Of a stretch of 64,000 nt of DNA, positions 27,953 through 36,513 are shown one piece after another. Position 1 is the stretch's first letter. Each line of letters begins with the position of its first letter. The stretch is from Pyrinomonadaceae bacterium. GTDB taxonomy: Bacteria > Acidobacteriota > Blastocatellia > Pyrinomonadales > Pyrinomonadaceae. Made by a program: the position numbers and the translations under genes. The stretch spans positions 531-64,530 of the forward strand of contig DATBRN010000027.1 in NCBI GenBank assembly GCA_036560225.1, in the 5' to 3' direction. The notes under the pieces are model-generated. The model had not been told where the DNA came from. It did not search any database and worked only from the letters and a program-made list of their open reading frames with translations.

Positions 27953-28270
27953 TTGATCGTAGCATCAGGTCGCTACCGCTCCCTGTTCTGTAATGAGCTT
28001 ATCCTCGCTCTCATAGTTTCTGCCATCGGGTTTTCGATCCAGTTGAGTGGAGCATCAGGTCGCTACGGCTCCCTGTTCTGTAATGAGCTTATCCTCGCTC
28101 TCATTCTTTCTGCCATCGGTTTCCAATCCAGTTGAGTGGAGCATCAGGTCGCTACCGCTCCCTGTTCTGTAATGAGCTTATCGTCGCTCTCATAGTTTCT
28201 GCCATCGGGTTTCGGGTTTCCGATTCAGTTGAGTGTAGCATCAGGTCGCTACCGCTCCCTGTTCTGTAAT
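27953..28270 (-). repeat. Tandem array (3.5 units of about 89-95 bp) of the reverse-complement core GTTGAGTGGAGCATCAGGTCGCTACCGCTCCCTGTTCTGTAATGAGC plus a conserved spacer
   Basis: Units start near 27953, 28043, 28132 and 28222. The inter-core sequence is itself conserved between units. Confidence 0.9.
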
Positions 28271-28274
28271 ACGC

Positions 28275-28303
28275 CTTTCCGCACTGTGCGGCGGCAAAGC
28301 CGC
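28275..28303. repeat. Solo end of the MITE-like element (CCTTTCCGCACTGTGCGGCGGCAAAGCCGC)
   Basis: Its 23 nt at 28281-28303 are identical to the right terminal repeat of the element at 31498-31660. Confidence 0.8.
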
Positions 28304-28307
28304 AAGA

Positions 28308-31300
28308 CTATCGAGACAGATTCGGCGCGGTGCGCGTCTTCTTCAAAGTAAAAACTGTGCCGCCGCCGTCCACCTTCTCCCAGGAGATCTCCGCATCGAT
28401 CAGGCTGGCGCGCGCACGCATATTCGCGAGACCTCGTCCCTCGAGATTCTTGCGGGCGCTCGGATCAAAGTCTCTGCCGTTGTCTTTCAGCTGCAGCAGA
28501 AAGTCACCGCCGGGTGAGGCCGAGACAGTCATCTTCACATGGCTTGCGCCGGCGTGGCGTAAAATATTGCTCACCGCCTCTTGTACCATCCGGTAGATCT
28601 GCATCTGCACGTTTGGCGGCAGCTGAGCGTGTTCTTCGAGATACTCGTCGCAAACAAGTTCATATTCAAATCTCTGATCCGGCGGCGCGTCCTGCACTGC
28701 ATGGGACAATGCAAACTCCAACGCCGCTGCGAATCCAACATTCTGAAGCACCGACGGACTGAGGTCTTCGCAAATTCTCCGCACCTCCTGAGAGATCGAC
28801 TCTATCTCGGTACGCAGCACCGTCGGGTCAAGTGGCTTGCCGCCATTCGCGTCGCCGTTTGTCGGCAGTTGATCGCTCAACAGCATTAGGTGTCGCAAAT
28901 CAGCCAACGTCTGGTCATGGAGGTCGCGGGCGATGCGGCGGCGTTCGCGCTCGGCTTCATTCGCAAGATTCAAACGCGCATCAGCGAGTTCGTTGTGTGC
29001 TTCAACCAAAGCTGCGCTCGTGCGCACAATTCGGCGCCTTTCCATGATCGCCCAGAGCAAGGCCAGCAGCGCCAAGGCCAACAGAATAGCAAGCGCTGTT
29101 GAAGTCCAGGGGAATGGCGCACTAGCAATACTCAACTCAAACGACAAAGGCTCTGAAGCCACAAGGTCTTTGCTAAACGCACGTGCAGTCACTCGATATT
29201 TACCGGGGCTCAATCCTTCGATCGCAAACTGCGACTCGCGTGAGAGCTTCTGTTTGATGACTGTATTCTTGCCGTCAAGAAGCGTGAATGCATATTGAAA
29301 CTGCTCCGGGAAAGTGCGACTGCTGATTGCCGCCACCTCAAAAAGCAAACTGTTTTGCGGATACTCAAGACTGAGTCCGGTAGCCAATTCGGCCGGCGAG
29401 TGAACGCGTTTACTGATGACGCGCGTAGCATACAAGGTCGGAGTTACGCGTCCAGGCCGGTAGCGAGCGACACCGCGGCTGGTGCCAATCAACAGCAGAT
29501 CGTTTCCTTGTGCGTCGCGTTGCGGTAAGACCGCAAACACGCTTTGCGAAGGCAGACCCTGTTCAGCGTCAAACTGCGAAACTATTGGGCCAAGGCTTCC
29601 GTCCAGCCGGACCTTCAACATCCCGCTATCAGTTGTTGCAAACCAAGCCTCGACGTTGTTTCCGTTGTGATTGGCAAATACTGAACGAGCGTCGACATCT
29701 GCCGCGACCAGCACGCATGCAGCACCTGGCCTGCAGGCGTAGACTCCGCGGCTGGTAGCAAACCACAGCGTGCCATCGTTGCTGCGGTCAATCGCTCTTA
29801 CAACGCTATTCTTCAATGGAGTAAATTGCGCGTCCGGTTCGGTTTTGTGGCCATCGAAGACGTAAAGCTCATCGCGGGTTGTTCCGATCAGCAGGCGCGT
29901 ATCACCATCCGCGTAAAGACTCATGACTTCGCGCTCGTGCGTTACGCTGGTACCATTGGGCCAGACTAAACGCGCACGCGTTCCTTCAATGCGCTCCAGG
30001 CCGCGACCATAAGTTGCGATGTACGTGTTGCCCTGAAACGAAGCAATCGCGCGAACGTTCCCCGAGGCATCAACCTCGCCCGATCCGGATTGGACGCGAG
30101 TAAAGTTTTCGTCCTTGATGCCGGAGCCGGGCGTACTGTGCTGGCCGGCGTAGAATCCGCTTGCCGCGCCCACCAGCAAATGACCACTGCCGTCTTCGGA
30201 GAGCGCGTAGATTGCATTGCGCGAAAGATTGCTTACCGGACGCCAGGCAGCCGCGCTCTCGTCATAAACAAACAGCCCCTGATTCGTTCCGCAAAGCAGA
30301 TAGCCGTCCGCAGTTTGATAGAGCACACGAACGAAATTGCTCTGCGGGTTATCACCTACCTGTTCGACTCGGGGTGCGTCGGGATCGTAGCGGCAAACTC
30401 CTCGGTCGGTACCAAACCAAATCACCCCTTCGCGATCCTGGAAGATCGCGTAGACATGATCGGAGCGCAATCCTCCTGCGGTTCCATCAAAGGTGTATCG
30501 CTGCACCTTCTTGTTGTCGGAAAACAGAAAGACGCCGCGACCATCCGTAGCCGCCCAGATATCTTTGCCGATTGTCTGCAGGGCCGTGACGGTGCCGGTT
30601 GCGGTTTCATTCCGTGCTATTTTGGAAAAACCCGATCCTGTCAATAGTCCTGCTTCGTCTTTTTTGACGCGCGCTCCCAGCCACAGCCTTCCGCTCGGGT
30701 CCGTTTCCAGGGCGCGCACGAAAAACACCGCCGGATGCATTTCCATTTCGCGGGCCAAGCCATCCTCGATTGCCAGCACTCCACGACTTAGTGATCCCAC
30801 AAAAACCTTGTCGTCGATCAGCGCCAGGCTGGTAAGCGTCAGTGGCCCCACATGTTCTCGGTCAGCACTCTGCAACGGTTGTGTCAGAAGCGACTTCGTT
30901 TGCACCGAGCCGTTTTGGTCAACTCGGCATTCAAATACGTTTCCCTGTTCGGTTGTCATCAGCACTCGACCGGATTCTGGCGCGATGATCGCCGAGACTG
31001 CCTGACCGGCGGTCTCTCGTATCACATCAAACCGGCCCCAGATCATTCGTGCCGCGCCAGTCTCAGTGCCAATCCAGATCGAACCCGCCTGATCGCTTTG
31101 CAAAGCCAGAATTCGACCTGGAGGCAAGCCGCTGATGGCCATCGTTTGAGTACGGCGCCCATCGAATTTCGCCAAACCGGCTTCTGTGCCAAACCACATC
31201 GAACCGTCCGGCCCTTGCGCGATCGCATGCACGCGATCAGATGGAAGCCCGTGAAAGAGGGTGACGGCGCCCCATTGATGGAGACCGGTTAGCGGCGTTG

Positions 31301-31424
31301 GCGACGGCGATGGCGAAGGAGTCGGCGTGGGTGATGGCGAAGAGCTGAGTGGCGGCTGCGGTTCTGTTTGGGAAGAGGCAGGAGCAGGCAGCAGGAGCAG
31401 GAAAATACAGAACCCGCCGAACAT
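28308..31424 (-). CDS. Sensor histidine kinase: periplasmic beta-propeller (Reg_prop/Y_Y_Y-type) domain, TM helix, HisKA_3 and HATPase
   Basis: Repeated propeller motifs (IWIGTETG, IWFGTDRGV, LWFATSRGV), RRRIARDLHDQTLADL (H-box, NarX/DesK type), and GRGLANMRARA (G-box). The track N-terminus (31425-31703) is translated MITE sequence. The true start is uncertain and lies within 31424-31470. Confidence 0.82.
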   Translation of the reverse strand: MFGGFCIFLLLLPAPASSQTEPQPPLSSSPSPTPTPSPSPSPTPLTGLHQWGAVTLFHGLPSDRVHAIAQGPDGSMWFGTEAGLAKFDGRRTQTMAISGLPPGRILALQSDQAGSIWIGTETGAARMIWGRFDVIRETAGQAVSAIIAPESGRVLMTTEQGNVFECRVDQNGSVQTKSLLTQPLQSADREHVGPLTLTSLALIDDKVFVGSLSRGVLAIEDGLAREMEMHPAVFFVRALETDPSGRLWLGARVKKDEAGLLTGSGFSKIARNETATGTVTALQTIGKDIWAATDGRGVFLFSDNKKVQRYTFDGTAGGLRSDHVYAIFQDREGVIWFGTDRGVCRYDPDAPRVEQVGDNPQSNFVRVLYQTADGYLLCGTNQGLFVYDESAAAWRPVSNLSRNAIYALSEDGSGHLLVGAASGFYAGQHSTPGSGIKDENFTRVQSGSGEVDASGNVRAIASFQGNTYIATYGRGLERIEGTRARLVWPNGTSVTHEREVMSLYADGDTRLLIGTTRDELYVFDGHKTEPDAQFTPLKNSVVRAIDRSNDGTLWFATSRGVYACRPGAACVLVAADVDARSVFANHNGNNVEAWFATTDSGMLKVRLDGSLGPIVSQFDAEQGLPSQSVFAVLPQRDAQGNDLLLIGTSRGVARYRPGRVTPTLYATRVISKRVHSPAELATGLSLEYPQNSLLFEVAAISSRTFPEQFQYAFTLLDGKNTVIKQKLSRESQFAIEGLSPGKYRVTARAFSKDLVASEPLSFELSIASAPFPWTSTALAILLALALLALLWAIMERRRIVRTSAALVEAHNELADARLNLANEAERERRRIARDLHDQTLADLRHLMLLSDQLPTNGDANGGKPLDPTVLRTEIESISQEVRRICEDLSPSVLQNVGFAAALEFALSHAVQDAPPDQRFEYELVCDEYLEEHAQLPPNVQMQIYRMVQEAVSNILRHAGASHVKMTVSASPGGDFLLQLKDNGRDFDPSARKNLEGRGLANMRARASLIDAEISWEKVDGGGTVFTLKKTRTAPNLSR

Positions 31425-31497
31425 GAGCCATACAAGGCAAACGTAGGCGCGCAGTCCGAGATTGGGTGAGATCAATCTGTTGCTTGGTCGAGCGTTT

Positions 31498-31660
31498 GCG
31501 GCTTTGCCGCCGCACAGTGCGGAAAGGCTGAGCCTTTCCGAGGAACCCCCTGAATCTTTCTGAGGCTGCGCCTCAGAAAAAGACGGAGGCGTAGCCTCCC
31601 CCCGATTAATGAGACGGCGGTGAGGCTGAGCCTCACGGCACTGTGCGGCGGCAAAGCCGC
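31498..31660. mobile_element. MITE-like non-autonomous element, 163 bp, with perfect 23-bp terminal inverted repeats
   Basis: Left end is GCGGCTTTGCCGCCGCACAGTGC (31498-31520). Right end is GCACTGTGCGGCGGCAAAGCCGC (31638-31660). Internal palindromes include ctgaggctgcgcctcag and ggaggcgtagcctcc. There is no ORF. Confidence 0.75.
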
Positions 31661-31716
31661 GAGAGTAGGCCTCATCGCAATCGTTATCATTGGCGGCGGC
31701 CATTCTGTTCTCGCTT

Positions 31717-32490
31717 CTATTTCCTCGCTTTCAATTCTTTTTTCTGCTCCTCGAGAAACTTCTTCCGATCGCGCTCAATCCAAGCCTCCTGTTCTTGTGC
31801 AGCCTTTTCCAATTCATCGTTATTCAGTAGGCCACGGCGCAGGGCTTCGAAGAATGCTCGCGTGCGCACGTTGTAGGCGAGCTTTTCGTAGGCCTCATGT
31901 TCGGTGCCTTCAGCCACCGTCACAAAAAGTTTTTCGTAGAGCGTTGCCAGGCGACTTTCGACACCGCGCAGGCTCAGTGAACATTTGCGCGCGATGGCCC
32001 AATTCGAAAGACCCAGGGCGAGATAATAGAGCGCCTCGGACTCAAATTCCGTGAGCAGGGGTCGCTTGAAGGAATCCTTGAAAGCTGGATCGATCATGTC
32101 GGCCCCGTCTTCGAGCACTGCAGCGACGAAGCGCAGGAAACGCGACTCGGGATTGTTCTTGTGAATGAACCCGTAAGCGGGCGGCGGATCTACTGACTTC
32201 ACAATCTTGCGAATCTCATTGATGTAGATCTCGTGGGGAAACTGAGTCCAGAAGATGATGCGCGCGGAAGGATAGTCGCGCCAGATCGCGCGCGCCGCTT
32301 TCACGCCTGAGAGTTTTGGCATCTGAATGTCAAGAATACAAACCTCAGGCTTGTGCTCCAGCGCCAGCTTCACCGTTGTTTCCCCATCAGCGGCCTCGAC
32401 TATCGGAGCATGAGAAGGAAACTCCTTTTCCAAAATCTCGTGCAGATAGTGGCGTTGGGCGACGTTGTCTTCGGCAATTAGAATTGACAT
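31717..32490 (-). CDS. Response regulator, REC plus LuxR/NarL-type HTH, with a charged C-terminal extension of about 60 aa
   Basis: ILIAEDN..CILDIQMPKLSG (phospho-acceptor Asp), LTEFESEALYYLALGLSNWAIARKCSLSLRGVESRL, and the tail EQEAWIERDRKKFLEEQKKELKARK. The start could also be 32559. Confidence 0.8.
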   Translation of the reverse strand: MSILIAEDNVAQRHYLHEILEKEFPSHAPIVEAADGETTVKLALEHKPEVCILDIQMPKLSGVKAARAIWRDYPSARIIFWTQFPHEIYINEIRKIVKSVDPPPAYGFIHKNNPESRFLRFVAAVLEDGADMIDPAFKDSFKRPLLTEFESEALYYLALGLSNWAIARKCSLSLRGVESRLATLYEKLFVTVAEGTEHEAYEKLAYNVRTRAFFEALRRGLLNNDELEKAAQEQEAWIERDRKKFLEEQKKELKARK

Positions 32491-32586
32491 CACGCTGATG
32501 ATAGCTCGAAAGTGCTTCTCCCGTAATGTGGGTCGCCACACTTTCTCTGGCGGCTTCACCGCCTCATAGGGCGAAATAGAGAAGAA

Positions 32587-32731
32587 CCCCCGCTACCGCG
32601 TGGTGGTACCGAGCGGAACGGCCCGTCAAATGTGCGAAGGTGGTGCGGCGATACACCCGCTGTGCGCACCGTGCGAAAACCCAGATCGTAGTGTCATGAT
32701 GTCAGTACCACCTCGCGGTAGCGGTGGGTCG
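32587..32731. repeat. Inverted pair of REP-like elements (CCGCTACCGCG(A/T)GGTGGTAC..)
   Basis: cccccgctaccgcgtggtggtaccgagcgg at 32587-32616, and the reverse complement of ccaccgctaccgcgaggtggtactgacatcat at 32701-32731. Confidence 0.75.
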
Positions 32732-32761
32732 TTCGACAATCGCTCGTGTGGAGGACCAGAC

Positions 32762-33322
32762 TTGGCCACAGTATTCTCACATAGCATCGCGGCACTAGCG
32801 TTGGGCCAAGCAGTTCCGCTAGAACCTAAGCGTGCGCGATTCTGGGTATTGACTGCTGTCCTTGCGGCGCTACCGGACATTGATGTGCTTGGCTTTGGTT
32901 TCGGAATTCGCTATAGCGACATGCTCGGTCATCGAGGTTTTACACATTCGCTGTCTTTCGCGATTCTTGTTGCTTGCTTAGTCGTGCTGCTTGCGTATGG
33001 AGAGATCGCAACTTTTTCTGCTCGATGGTTTAAGCTGGTCACTTACTTCGCTGTCGTTATCGCTTCGCATGGCGTCCTGGATGCCATGACAAACGGCGGA
33101 TTGGGCGTAGCGTTCTTTGCGCCTTTTAGCAACGAACGCTATTTCTTTCCCTGGCGTCCAATCGAAGTCTCACCATTAGGTGTTGAGCCGTTTCTTAGCG
33201 GGCGAGGCCTGCAAGTTATTATCAGTGAAATAAAGTGGATCTGGATTCCCTCGGCGTTGTTGGCGACAGTGGCGACTGTCTATCGACGAATAAGAAGGTC
33301 GAAGCCAACGCCCCCTGCGTAA
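32762..33322 (+). CDS. Membrane-bound metal-dependent hydrolase (YdjM/DUF457 family)
   Basis: FSHSIAALALG.., GHRGFTHSL, and HGVLDAMTNGG in a 4-5 TM protein. The track start (32600) reads through repeats. TTG at 32762 is proposed as the start, which remains uncertain. Confidence 0.65.
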   Translation: MATVFSHSIAALALGQAVPLEPKRARFWVLTAVLAALPDIDVLGFGFGIRYSDMLGHRGFTHSLSFAILVACLVVLLAYGEIATFSARWFKLVTYFAVVIASHGVLDAMTNGGLGVAFFAPFSNERYFFPWRPIEVSPLGVEPFLSGRGLQVIISEIKWIWIPSALLATVATVYRRIRRSKPTPPA

Positions 33323-33405
33323 AGCCCCAACTTGACGATCGCTCCGCTTCTTTGCACTATGCAGCTGTATTTCCTGCGCTAATACTTTGTTTGAAAGGTG
33401 CAATC

Positions 33406-34752
33406 ATGTATTTCGGAAAGATCCTTAACCAGTCAATTGTCTGCCTTTTATCAATGTCAGTTCTGGACGCATTCACGGCACCCGTCAATGCGGTCAATAA
33501 GAATCGCTCTACTACTGAAGCTGCTCACTCAAATCCGTCAAGGTTCATTCTTCCTGCCGAGCCGCGCGACGAAAAACTTTGGAAAAGAGCTCTCGAGATT
33601 CATCGCAAAGCAATCGTTATCGACACGCACAACGACATAACAACGCCGATGACGAATGATGATTACGATCTTAGTGGCGCGCCACCCGTCCCCTATCGCA
33701 CCAGCATTGAGCGCATGAAAGCGGGTGGACTTACGGCCGAATTCTTTTCGCTTTACGTTAGGCCCTGGTATGTCACGCATGGTGGAGCAGCACGCCGCAC
33801 GCTGGATATGATCGATTCGGTTTATCGCGCGGTTGAGCGTCACCCAAATGATCTAATGCTCGCCACTTCCGCGGCCGACATACGACGCGCGAAGAAGCAA
33901 AAGAAAATTGCCGCATTAATGGGCATCGAAGGCGGCCATGCTATTGAGAACTCTCTTGCCACCTTACGCGAGTTTCACCGGCTCGGAGTTCGTTACATTA
34001 CGCTTACCTGGAACAACACGAACGACTGGGCAGACGCTGCTCGTGGGGAGAAAAAACACCACGGGCTCTCGCCTTTCGGTGAAGAAGTTGTGCGGGAGAT
34101 GAACCGACTGGGAATGCTGGTCGATGTCTCGCACGTCTCTGACGAAACGATGAGCGACGCGCTCGACGTTTCAAAGGCGCCGATCATAGCCTCGCATTCC
34201 TCAGCCAGGGCGCTCAGCAACGTGCCGCGAAACATACCTGACGATCTGTTGCTTCGCATCGCGAAGAATGGAGGCGTAGTGCAAGTGAATTTCTACAGCG
34301 TCTTCGTTGACGCGGCGATCGTATCTCCACAAAGCGAAGCGCGAGACAGGCTTTTGAAGCCGCAGCAGGACGCACTAAACGAAAAATACAAAGACGATCC
34401 GGAGCGACTGGCGGAAGAAGGCGACAAGCTTGAGGCCGCAAATCCATTACCACCACTATCGATTTCGAAGTTGATAGATCATATAGACCATATTGTGAAA
34501 GTGGCGGGCATCGATCATGTTGGGATCGGCGCCGACTTTGACGGAGCTGTCGATATGCCGGAAGAAGCGAAGGACGTCTCGATGTTGCCGAATATCACTT
34601 ATGAACTTTTGAAACGAGGCTATAGCGAAAAAGACATTCGCAAGATCCTGGGTGAAAACTTTCTGCGCGTGTTTGCCGAAGCTGAACGAGTCAGCCGGAG
34701 TCTGAGCAAATCCATCAGCGGCGATGGGAGCCTTCGTCGCATCGGAAGATAA
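33406..34752 (+). CDS. Membrane dipeptidase (peptidase M19, renal dipeptidase family), secreted
   Basis: Signal peptide MYFGKILNQSIVCLLSMSVLDAFTAPVNA; VIDTHNDI; GIEGGHAIENSLATLREFHRLGVRYITLTWNNTNDWAD; VDVSHVSD; GIGADFDG. Confidence 0.88.
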   Translation: MYFGKILNQSIVCLLSMSVLDAFTAPVNAVNKNRSTTEAAHSNPSRFILPAEPRDEKLWKRALEIHRKAIVIDTHNDITTPMTNDDYDLSGAPPVPYRTSIERMKAGGLTAEFFSLYVRPWYVTHGGAARRTLDMIDSVYRAVERHPNDLMLATSAADIRRAKKQKKIAALMGIEGGHAIENSLATLREFHRLGVRYITLTWNNTNDWADAARGEKKHHGLSPFGEEVVREMNRLGMLVDVSHVSDETMSDALDVSKAPIIASHSSARALSNVPRNIPDDLLLRIAKNGGVVQVNFYSVFVDAAIVSPQSEARDRLLKPQQDALNEKYKDDPERLAEEGDKLEAANPLPPLSISKLIDHIDHIVKVAGIDHVGIGADFDGAVDMPEEAKDVSMLPNITYELLKRGYSEKDIRKILGENFLRVFAEAERVSRSLSKSISGDGSLRRIGR

Positions 34753-35903
34753 TGCGGATACAAAAGATGAAAAACGCCGGAGTTTACATTCACATACCGT
34801 TTTGCCGTTCACATTGCTCTTATTGTGATTTCGCCACCGGCATGTACAACGAGGCTACAGCGGAGCGTTACGTTCTCAGTTTAGTTAACGAAATTGAATC
34901 CTGGCGTGAGGTTGAGCCGCCACAAACTGTTGATACGATTTATTTTGGTGGCGGCACGCCATCGTTGCTTTCGCCGGCGCAGTTGGAAATGCTTTTGCAG
35001 GCAGTGCATGCCCAGTTCAAGGTTTCCCCGAGCTCTGAGGTGACGATAGAGATCAATCCCGGTTCGGCAACTTCGGAAGTGCTCGCCGCGTTCCGCGCAC
35101 TCGGAATCAACCGCGCCAGCTTTGGCGCGCAGACATTTGACGACCATGAACTCGCGCGCCTGGGCCGCTCACATACCGCAGATGACACGCGCCGAACGTT
35201 TCGCTACTTGCGCGATGCCGGCTTCGATAACATTAGCTTCGATCTCATTGCCGGTCTGCCCGGGCAAACGATGGCCGGCTGGCGACGTAACCTCGATGAA
35301 GCTTTCTCGCTTCGGCCTGAACATCTCTCTTTCTACCTGTTGGAAGTCCACCAGGGAACACCACTCGCCAATCACATCAAGAGTGGGCTTCAGCCACAAC
35401 CTGATGATGACCTTGCCGCGGCCATGTATGAAGTAATGCTGGACCGGGCAGTCGAAGCGGGCTATGAACACTACGAAATATCAAATCTATGTTTGCCCGG
35501 CTACGAGTCTAAGCACAACACGAAATATTGGACGTCTGAACCCTACTACGGCTTTGGCTGCTCTGCACACTCGTACGATGGCCAGTCGCGGCGCTGGGCT
35601 AATGAAAGGAATATCGATCAATACGTTAACCTAATAGAGAGCGAACGTTCCCCAAGAGTCGAGGATCGCCAGCTTAATGCTGCTGAGTTGCGAGCTGAAG
35701 CGGCTTTCCTGGGGTTGCGAATGATGCGGGGGCTCAACGCCGGCCGGTACAAAGAGAGATTTGGTATTGATATTTACCAGAAACATGCGGCAGATCTGGT
35801 CCGGCTCGTTGAAGCAGGCTTGATCGAGTTGAATGGCGAGTTAATCAAGCTGACCAAAACAGGCGCGCTGCTTTCGAATGAAGTCTTCGTGGCCTTCATG
35901 TAA
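34752..35903 (+). CDS. hemW: Radical SAM heme chaperone HemW / oxygen-independent coproporphyrinogen oxidase-like protein
   Basis: YIHIPFCRSHCSYCDF (CxxxCxxC), GGGTPS, and the HemN_C-like tail. TAATG overlap with the upstream stop. Confidence 0.85.
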   Translation: MRIQKMKNAGVYIHIPFCRSHCSYCDFATGMYNEATAERYVLSLVNEIESWREVEPPQTVDTIYFGGGTPSLLSPAQLEMLLQAVHAQFKVSPSSEVTIEINPGSATSEVLAAFRALGINRASFGAQTFDDHELARLGRSHTADDTRRTFRYLRDAGFDNISFDLIAGLPGQTMAGWRRNLDEAFSLRPEHLSFYLLEVHQGTPLANHIKSGLQPQPDDDLAAAMYEVMLDRAVEAGYEHYEISNLCLPGYESKHNTKYWTSEPYYGFGCSAHSYDGQSRRWANERNIDQYVNLIESERSPRVEDRQLNAAELRAEAAFLGLRMMRGLNAGRYKERFGIDIYQKHAADLVRLVEAGLIELNGELIKLTKTGALLSNEVFVAFM

Positions 35904-35927
35904 CTTCCTGATTCCGGAGTAAGCATA

Positions 35928-36293
35928 TTGAACAGAATCTTCCCCATTCTTACCTTGTGGTTTGTGGTATTGACACTCTGTTCCTGCCAACCCCTTGTCT
36001 TTGCCTCTTCGGATTCTCCGGACTCTCCATACAGATGTGAAGTTTATGAGGGCAAGCCTTCTCTCTTTTGGGGACCAAACTTTCGGTACTATTTCACAAT
36101 CAAGAACAAGTACGCGCCCGATCCGCAGGGCAAAGACTTCGAGTATGAATCTAAACAACAGCTTCGGGTGGAAGACATAAAATTCGAGTGGTCGGGCATG
36201 AAGCTAAGGATCACGATTAACGCAGGTTCGCCGGCGGCGGTTGTCGCCGTTGCCAATTTTGACGACAGGGAGCAGCACTGGGAAAGATTATAG
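35928..36293 (+). CDS. Hypothetical lipoprotein
   Basis: MNRIFPILTLWFVVLTLCSC looks like a lipobox-type signal. I recognise no family. Confidence 0.5.
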   Translation: MNRIFPILTLWFVVLTLCSCQPLVFASSDSPDSPYRCEVYEGKPSLFWGPNFRYYFTIKNKYAPDPQGKDFEYESKQQLRVEDIKFEWSGMKLRITINAGSPAAVVAVANFDDREQHWERL

Positions 36294-36378
36294 TTCGTCG
36301 CAGGCGGATGGGTTCATCACGACGCCGTAGCGGATGGCAGCGCTCGTGCAGAGCCATAGCGGATGCGTTTGGTACATG

Positions 36379-36480
36379 CCCCCCGCTACCGCGAGGTGGT
36401 ATTGACCTCATTGGACCGCGACTTGAGTAATTCGCTGCTCGTACCCACCCGCTGGTAGCGGGTGGTACTGACCTCATTAC
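36379..36480 (+). repeat. Two direct copies of the REP-like element (CCGCTACCGCGAGGTGGTATTGACCTCATT and CCCACCCGCTGGTAGCGGGTGGTACTGACCTCATT)
   Basis: Same family as 32587-32731. The second copy forms a perfect CCACCCGC-tggta-GCGGGTGG hairpin. Confidence 0.8.
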
Positions 36481-36513
36481 ACTTACGGTTTGACTTACTA
36501 TGCTCGGCATACA

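Noticed and set aside
31425-31703. Long N-terminal extension of the histidine kinase; similar extensions exist for psuG (27592-27633), the YdjM-like gene (32600-32761) and the dipeptidase (33235-33405)
   Set aside because: The extensions read through MITE/REP sequences or lack any signal or TM logic. Shorter starts give sensible N-termini (TM helix, signal peptide or conserved family start).
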